DNA of 63,953 nucleotides, filler included, from an uncultured bacterium (GTDB lineage: Bacteria; DAOPZR01): the NCBI GenBank assembly GCA_964637655.1. It is 12 parts of 12 records of this genome, joined end to end, with 100 filler letters (N's around TTAATTAATTAA, not from the genome) between each part and the next. Parts side by side here need not be neighbours in the genome. Positions count along the whole stretch, not along the records: positions 54,178 to 59,385 come from CAZWUZ010000269.1; positions 59,486 to 63,953 come from CAZWUZ010000298.1; 10 more parts are not named here. One strand, 5' to 3'. This document shows positions 58,908 to 63,953 of the stretch, in pieces. Under the pieces are notes generated by a model that was given only the letters and a program-made list of their open reading frames with translations, was not told the origin of the DNA and made no database searches. The translations under genes and the position numbers were made by a program. Every line of letters begins with the position of its first letter. The stretch's first letter is position 1.

Positions 58908-59385
58908 GCACACTGGTATCGCGCGACCAATCGGGTGTGTTGCAGGCGCAGCGTGGGGAGACCGAGGACCTGCGGACTCGCGGCTGCAAGCGGTGGCTCG
59001 TGCGCGAGAACGCGGACGGGACGAAGACGTATCGGGTAGGCGCAAGCATCGGGCCGATACACTACCGCGAGGACCCATTCGACGAGCGCGCCGACTGGCA
59101 CGAGATAGACCTTGACCTGGAGGCCGCGCCCGCTGCTGATAGCTGGGACTGGCAATGCTTGACCAACGGCTATCAGGTGCGCGTGTGGCAGGACGGGTAC
59201 GCGGCAGAGTTCCGGCGCGCCAGACAATACGTGCGCATGCGTCCGGCTGCGTTGGCGTGGATGAACGCGGCAGGCAAGCGGCAGGCGATCGCCAAGCCGA
59301 CTGCGGGCATCAAACCCAACATCGACAACGAGCAGCACTTCATCGAGTGGGCCGACCTGTTCGGCAATGGTCTGGACTTCCGCTA
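58904..59385 (+). CDS. N-terminus of a large protein resembling DNRLRE/WapA-type N-terminal domains (3' truncated)
   Basis: TTGA coupling; LRT...K.W..NADGT.T....GPIHY......W.EID.DL. Confidence 0.5.
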
Positions 59386-59485
59386 NNNNNNNNNNNNNNN
59401 NNNNNNNNNNNNNNNNNNNNNNNNNNNNNTTAATTAATTAANNNNNNNNNNNNNNNNNNNNNNNNNNNNNNNNNNNNNNNNNNNN

Positions 59486-59551
59486 CCCTCGCGGAAGGGG
59501 AAGGCAACCACCCTCTCCCGCCAGCAGCGGGAGAGGGAAGGGTGAGGGTGG
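59486..59551. repeat. REP-like element (partial module B) at contig start
   Basis: GGAAGGCAACCACCCTCTCCCGCCAGCAGCGGGAGAGGG is nearly identical to 13866-13905. Confidence 0.8.
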
Positions 59552-59630
59552 TCGAACAGTTGCCACCGAAGCAAGTGTAGCAGGCGACGCCGGCATGGTC
59601 AAAAGCGGCGCGGGATGCTATCCTGCGCGT

Positions 59631-60686
59631 ATGACTGACTGCATGCTCGCGACGGGCGGGCTGAAATACGGCCCGCTGGCGTTGTGCGACGGGAAGATCA
59701 TCAGCGATACGGCGCAGCCGCGCGACGAGCGCGCCGTGGAACAGGCGCTCGACGCCTTTCGTGCGCGCCTCGCGGCGGACGGCTGTGCGGTGACGCGTAT
59801 CGCCTGCGACAATCATCCCGATTATGCGACGACGCGCTGGGCACTCGCGCAGAAACTGCCCGTCGTGCGCGTGCCGCACCACTTTGCGCATGCGCTGGCA
59901 GCGCTCTGGCCGGATGCCGGCGGCGAGGCGCTGGCGGTGACGTTTGACGGCACGGGGCTCGGCGAGGACGGGACGGTCTGGGGCGGGGAATGGCTGCGCC
60001 TGCATGATGACGGCTATGCGCGCATCGGCGCACTGCAACTGCTGCCGCTGGCCGGCGGCGAGGCGGCGATACGCGACCCCTACCGCCTGCTCGCGGGCTA
60101 CTGTGCCGCCCTCAAACTGGAATTGCCGGCAGACGTTCCGGTGGCAGAGGAACTGCGCGCCAACCTGCCGGCGCTGCTGCAGGCAGGCATCAACGCCCCG
60201 CTGACCAGCAGCGCGGGGCGTCTTTTCGATGCGGTGGCGGCGTTGTGCGGGTGCGCCTCGCAGTCGTGGAGCGAGGGGGCGGCGCCGCGCGCGTTGCAGG
60301 CGCTGGCGGAAAGCACTGACGGGGAAACCGCGCTCTCCGCCGGCGAATGGCAGGCAGGAAAGCCGGCGCGGCTCAACCTGTTGCTGCTCTTCCGGCAGTT
60401 GCTCCGCGTGCGGGAACTGCGGACGGAGCCGGCATCCATCGCACGCGGTTTCCACCGCTGGCTGGCGCGCGCAACCGCGGACGGGCTTGCCCGCGCGGGT
60501 GCGACTGCGACGACGCGGATTGTGGTGGCCGGCGGGGTATGGCACAATGCGCTGCTGCGGCGGATGCTGCAGGAGGAGTGCGCGACGCGCGGCTGGACGC
60601 TGACCGTGCCGCCGCCGGAGCGGCTGGATGACCGCGGCCTGGCATATGGTCAGTTAGCAACAGCGGCTGTTTCCGGTAGCGGATAA
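59631..60686 (+). CDS. hypF: truncated hydrogenase maturation carbamoyltransferase HypF (Kae1-like domain only)
   Basis: CDNHPDY, HHFAH, FDGTGLGEDGTVWGGE, TSSAGRLFDAVAA, GGV..N and DDRGLAYGQ motifs. Confidence 0.85.
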   Translation: MTDCMLATGGLKYGPLALCDGKIISDTAQPRDERAVEQALDAFRARLAADGCAVTRIACDNHPDYATTRWALAQKLPVVRVPHHFAHALAALWPDAGGEALAVTFDGTGLGEDGTVWGGEWLRLHDDGYARIGALQLLPLAGGEAAIRDPYRLLAGYCAALKLELPADVPVAEELRANLPALLQAGINAPLTSSAGRLFDAVAALCGCASQSWSEGAAPRALQALAESTDGETALSAGEWQAGKPARLNLLLLFRQLLRVRELRTEPASIARGFHRWLARATADGLARAGATATTRIVVAGGVWHNALLRRMLQEECATRGWTLTVPPPERLDDRGLAYGQLATAAVSGSG

Positions 60687-60734
60687 CTGGTGCACATTCG
60701 CAGCAGCACGGATTGACACTATCGACAACTATGA

Positions 60735-60755
60735 AAATGGGGACTGTCCCCATTT
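60735..60755. repeat. perfect palindrome AAATGGGGAC-T-GTCCCCATTT (REP-like)
   Basis: 10-bp perfect inverted repeat between hypF and hypC. Confidence 0.65.
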
Positions 60756-60771
60756 ATTTCGGGAGGCGTGC

Positions 60772-61005
60772 ATGTGCCTGGCGATACCGATGCGGCTGGT
60801 GAGCATCGACGGAACCACGGGAACGGTGGAGCATGCGGGGGTGCGGCTGCAGGCCGACCTTTCCTGCATCGAGACACCGGCCATCGGCGATTATCTCATC
60901 ATTCACGCGGGGATGGCCATCAGCCGCGTCGACGAGGAGGAGGCGAAGGAGACGCTCGATCTCTTTGCGCAACTCCGCGGAATGGAACATGGCGGAAACG
61001 CTTGA
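60772..61005 (+). CDS. hypC: hydrogenase maturation chaperone HypC
   Basis: MCLAIP, GDYLIIHAGMAI and DEEEAKETL motifs. Confidence 0.96.
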   Translation: MCLAIPMRLVSIDGTTGTVEHAGVRLQADLSCIETPAIGDYLIIHAGMAISRVDEEEAKETLDLFAQLRGMEHGGNA

Positions 61006-62044
61006 GCAGGCGCTGCAGCGCCTGACTGTCGCGGCAGGCAAACGCCGGCTGCGCGTGATGGAAGTGTGCGGCACGCACACGCATGCGCTGGCGCGCTCGG
61101 GACTCAAGCAGCGCGTGCAGCAGCAGGTGGAACTCCTCTCGGGGCCGGGGTGCCCGGTCTGCGTGACGGATGACGGCTACCTGCATGCGGCGCTTGACGC
61201 GGCGCAGCGCGATTTCGCCCTCGTCAGTTTCGGCGACATGCTGCGCGTCCCCTCGGCGCGCGGGTCGCTGCAGGAGGCGCGGGCGCGCGGGGCGCGAGTT
61301 GAAACGGTCTATGCGCCGCGCGACGCGGTGGCACTGGCGCAGCGCGAACCGGAAACGCGGTTTGTCTTTCTCGCGGTCGGTTTTGACACCACGGCACCGG
61401 CCATTGCGGCGGCGGTGCAGCAGGCGCCCGACAATCTTTATTTCCTCAGCGGGGTCAAGGCGGTCATGCCCGCGCTGCAGGCACTCTTCAGCGGCGCGGA
61501 CAAGCCGGCCATCGACGGGCTGCTGCTCCCCGGGCATGTCAGCGCCATTATCGGTGCAGACGCCTACCGCGCGTTCGCGCAGGCCCATCGCCTGCCGTGC
61601 GCGGTTGCCGGGTTTACCCCGGACGGGATGGCGCAGGCACTGGCTGATGTGGCGGAGCGCATTGCGGCGCAGGATTTCTCCGTCGGTAATGCCTATCGCG
61701 CGGTGGTGAGCGACACGGGCAATACCGCGGCGCAGCGTTTGCTGACCGAGGTGTTCGAACCTGGTGACGCGCACCTGCGCGGATTGGGGACGGTCCCCGG
61801 CGGCGGCCTTTGCCTGCGCGGGAAGTGGCAGGCACGCGCACTGGCGGCAGTCGCGCCCGACCTCGATCCGCCAGCGGCGGCAGAGCCGCTCCCGGGCTGC
61901 CGCTGCGGCGACGTGCTGGCGGGGCGCTGCACCCCGGCGCAATGCCCGCTCTTCGGCAAGGCCTGCACGCCCGCCGCGCCACGCGGCGCGTGCATGGTAT
62001 CCAACGAGGGGAGTTGTGCGGCGGCGTTCGCCTACGGAGCGTGA
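60989..62044 (+). CDS. hypD: hydrogenase maturation protein HypD
   Basis: MEVCGTHT, GPGCPVCVT, GFDTTAP, PGHVS and GCRC...CPLFG..CTP..GACMVSNEGSC motifs. Confidence 0.96.
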   Translation: MAETLEQALQRLTVAAGKRRLRVMEVCGTHTHALARSGLKQRVQQQVELLSGPGCPVCVTDDGYLHAALDAAQRDFALVSFGDMLRVPSARGSLQEARARGARVETVYAPRDAVALAQREPETRFVFLAVGFDTTAPAIAAAVQQAPDNLYFLSGVKAVMPALQALFSGADKPAIDGLLLPGHVSAIIGADAYRAFAQAHRLPCAVAGFTPDGMAQALADVAERIAAQDFSVGNAYRAVVSDTGNTAAQRLLTEVFEPGDAHLRGLGTVPGGGLCLRGKWQARALAAVAPDLDPPAAAEPLPGCRCGDVLAGRCTPAQCPLFGKACTPAAPRGACMVSNEGSCAAAFAYGA

Positions 62045-62045
62045 C

Positions 62046-63023
62046 ATGGACGGACTGATCAATCTCAATCACGGTGCGGGTGGCGAAGCGACGCAGCAGC
62101 TCATCGCCTTCGTGCGCGACTGTCTTGGCAGCACGGCGCCGCTTGACGATGCGTTTACCTTCACCACGTCCGGCGAGATGGCGCTGACCACCGACGGGTT
62201 CGTGGTGACCCCGCGCTTCTTTCCGGGTGGGGATATCGGGAAACTCGCGGTCTGCGGCACGGCCAACGACCTCGCCTGCCTCGGGGCGCAGCTGCAGCAC
62301 CTGGCACTCGCACTCATCATCGAGGAGGGGCTGCCGGCGGAGGAACTCGGGCGTGCACTGCGCTCGCTTGGTGCCACCGCGAAAGGCATCGGAGCGCAGG
62401 TGGTGACGGGCGACTGCAAGGTGGTCGGGCACGGGCAGGCGGATGGTTTGTTCATCGTCACGACGGGGTGTGGGCCGGTGCGCTGCCGCGTGCGCGCCCC
62501 GCTGCAGGCGGGTGACGCGGTCATCCTCAGCGGCACGGCGGGTGACCACGGCATGGCCATCATGACGCGCCGGGCCGGGCTCAACCTGCAGAGCGACATT
62601 GCCAGCGACTGCGCCCCGCTCTTCCACCTTGTGCAGGCGGCGGCGCGGGCGGGGACGGTGAAATTCGTGCGCGACGCGACGCGCGGCGGCGTGGCGGCAG
62701 TGCTCGACGAACTGGCGCGCGCGGAGCGCTGCGGGCTGAGCGTCAGCGACCACGCGCTCCCGGTGCATGACGATGTGCGTACCGCCTGCGCGCTGCTCGG
62801 GCTCGACCCGTGGCATATCGCCAACGAGGGGAAACTCGTGCTGGTGGTGCCTGCGACGGATACCGACGCGGTGCTCACCGCGCTCGGGCAGCATCCCGAG
62901 GGGCGCGACGCGGCGGTGATCGGCGCGGTGACGAAGGAACAGGGGGTCTGGCTGACCACCCCGGCCGGCACGCAGCGCCGCCTGCTGCCGGTGAGCGGCG
63001 AGCCGCTCCCCCGCATCTGCTGA
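62046..63023 (+). CDS. hypE: hydrogenase maturation protein HypE
   Basis: HGAGG, FFPGGDIGKLAVCGTANDLA, RDATRGG, ANEGK and C-terminal PRIC. Confidence 0.96.
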   Translation: MDGLINLNHGAGGEATQQLIAFVRDCLGSTAPLDDAFTFTTSGEMALTTDGFVVTPRFFPGGDIGKLAVCGTANDLACLGAQLQHLALALIIEEGLPAEELGRALRSLGATAKGIGAQVVTGDCKVVGHGQADGLFIVTTGCGPVRCRVRAPLQAGDAVILSGTAGDHGMAIMTRRAGLNLQSDIASDCAPLFHLVQAAARAGTVKFVRDATRGGVAAVLDELARAERCGLSVSDHALPVHDDVRTACALLGLDPWHIANEGKLVLVVPATDTDAVLTALGQHPEGRDAAVIGAVTKEQGVWLTTPAGTQRRLLPVSGEPLPRIC

Positions 63024-63156
63024 GGAGGATGACCATGGCCAATACGCATCACTCAGCGCAATTGCCTGTTGCACGGATCCAGAGCGATTCCGCTCGCTTT
63101 CAATCATGCCACGATACCACGTGTGCAGCATGTAGTGGAAGTCGCGGTGCCCGCTG

Positions 63157-63953
63157 ATGAAAAGCATGCGGCGCTGGGTGCATGCAGGCGAAACGGAACG
63201 GGTGGAGTTCAAGCAGGCGGTGAACGATGGCCTGTTCAATACTCTGGCTGCGTTTGCGAGCAATGGCGGCGGCACGGTGTTGCTGGGGGTGGCGGATGAC
63301 GGGCGTATTATCGGGGTTGAGGCAACGACGGAATATTTGGAACGACTGATCAATCGCATTGTCAGCGCGCTCGGTATTTATCCCAAGGTGCAGGTCAAGG
63401 GTGTAGGGAGGGGACGGGTCATCTTTCTGACGGTGACTCCTGCCCTGCACCCTGTGTCGTACGAGGGACGCTATTATCAGCGGGTGGGAAATACCACGCG
63501 CGAAATGACAACCGAGCAACTGAAGCGGGTGCTGCTGCACGGCCAACCCTGGGATGCGATGAGCGATTGCTATTCCGTCGGCGAAATCAGCGTTGCCGCG
63601 GTGCGGCGGTTTATCGCCCTGGCGGCAGCGCGAGGGCGGCTGCCCGCGGATGCGGTGGCGGATGAAGCGAAAGTGTTCCTGCAGCGGATGGGCCTGTGCA
63701 AGGGCAATAAGATTACGAATGCGGCGGGATTGCTCTTTGGCAAGAGCGCGCAGAAACGTGAATCGAATTGCTGCGTGCGTATCGGCAGGTTCCGTTCGCA
63801 GACCACGATTATTGATGACAAATGGGTGCGCGGTAATCTGCTGGAGCAGATCGAAGGCACCTTGGCGGTGCTCAAGCAGCATATCGCGGTGCGCTACCGG
63901 ATCCGCAACGCGCAGCGCGAACAAGTCACCAGCAGCGTCCGGTGGGCGGAGTC
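63157..63953 (+). CDS. AlbA_2 (Schlafen-like) domain protein, probably with a downstream HATPase_c_4 domain (3' truncated by window end)
   Basis: GETERVEFK...LAAFASNGGGTVLLGVADDGRIIGV, YYQRVGNTT and TNAAGLLFGK; missing from the ORF track because it has no stop in the window. Confidence 0.85.
   Translation, partial: MKSMRRWVHAGETERVEFKQAVNDGLFNTLAAFASNGGGTVLLGVADDGRIIGVEATTEYLERLINRIVSALGIYPKVQVKGVGRGRVIFLTVTPALHPVSYEGRYYQRVGNTTREMTTEQLKRVLLHGQPWDAMSDCYSVGEISVAAVRRFIALAAARGRLPADAVADEAKVFLQRMGLCKGNKITNAAGLLFGKSAQKRESNCCVRIGRFRSQTTIIDDKWVRGNLLEQIEGTLAVLKQHIAVRYRIRNAQREQVTSSVRWAE

Noticed and set aside
5458-59485. Regularly spaced TTAATTAATTAA motifs flanked by Ns, and apparent gene neighbourhoods across them
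   Set aside because: Artificial contig linkers. Contig lengths decrease monotonically, so adjacency across spacers has no biological meaning.

Overview
This window is not one locus. It is 12 unrelated ~5.2-5.5 kb contigs, ordered by decreasing length and joined by artificial N44-TTAATTAATTAA-N44 spacers, typical of a fragmented draft or metagenome-assembled genome of a GC-rich bacterium. Contents by contig: (1) glgE 3' end, a Lys-rich histone-like gene whose HTH-like half lies in the -1 frame behind an A_AAA_AAG site, membrane proteins and a double-Gly-leader-like peptide; (2) RND permease, methyltransferase, pirin and a probable FtsH-ternary conflict system fragment; (3) mazEF, a hicA remnant with hicB, an AAA+/DUF4143 ATPase bracketed by a composite direct-plus-inverted repeat, and orphan genes; (4) a catalytically degenerate pyruvate kinase homolog, an eRF1-like protein, CsbD and a phosphatase-GDPD-LamG fusion; (5) ankyrin lipoprotein, tag, histidine phosphatase, PaaI, MerR, NYN and thioredoxin-like genes; (6) a chemotaxis operon containing two beta-carbonic anhydrases, one in frame with an MCP; (7) rpoC-rpsL-rpsG-fusA-tuf; (8) PadR, a low-GC HEPN-motif gene and pseudopilin/secretin genes; (9) a radical SAM/glycosyltransferase cluster; (10) murC-ddl-ftsQ-ftsA-ftsZ-gmhA; (11) phage-like virion genes; (12) truncated hypF-hypC-hypD-hypE and an AlbA_2 protein. 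No rRNA, tRNA or CRISPR array was recognised. All family calls come from motif recognition by eye, not from database searches.
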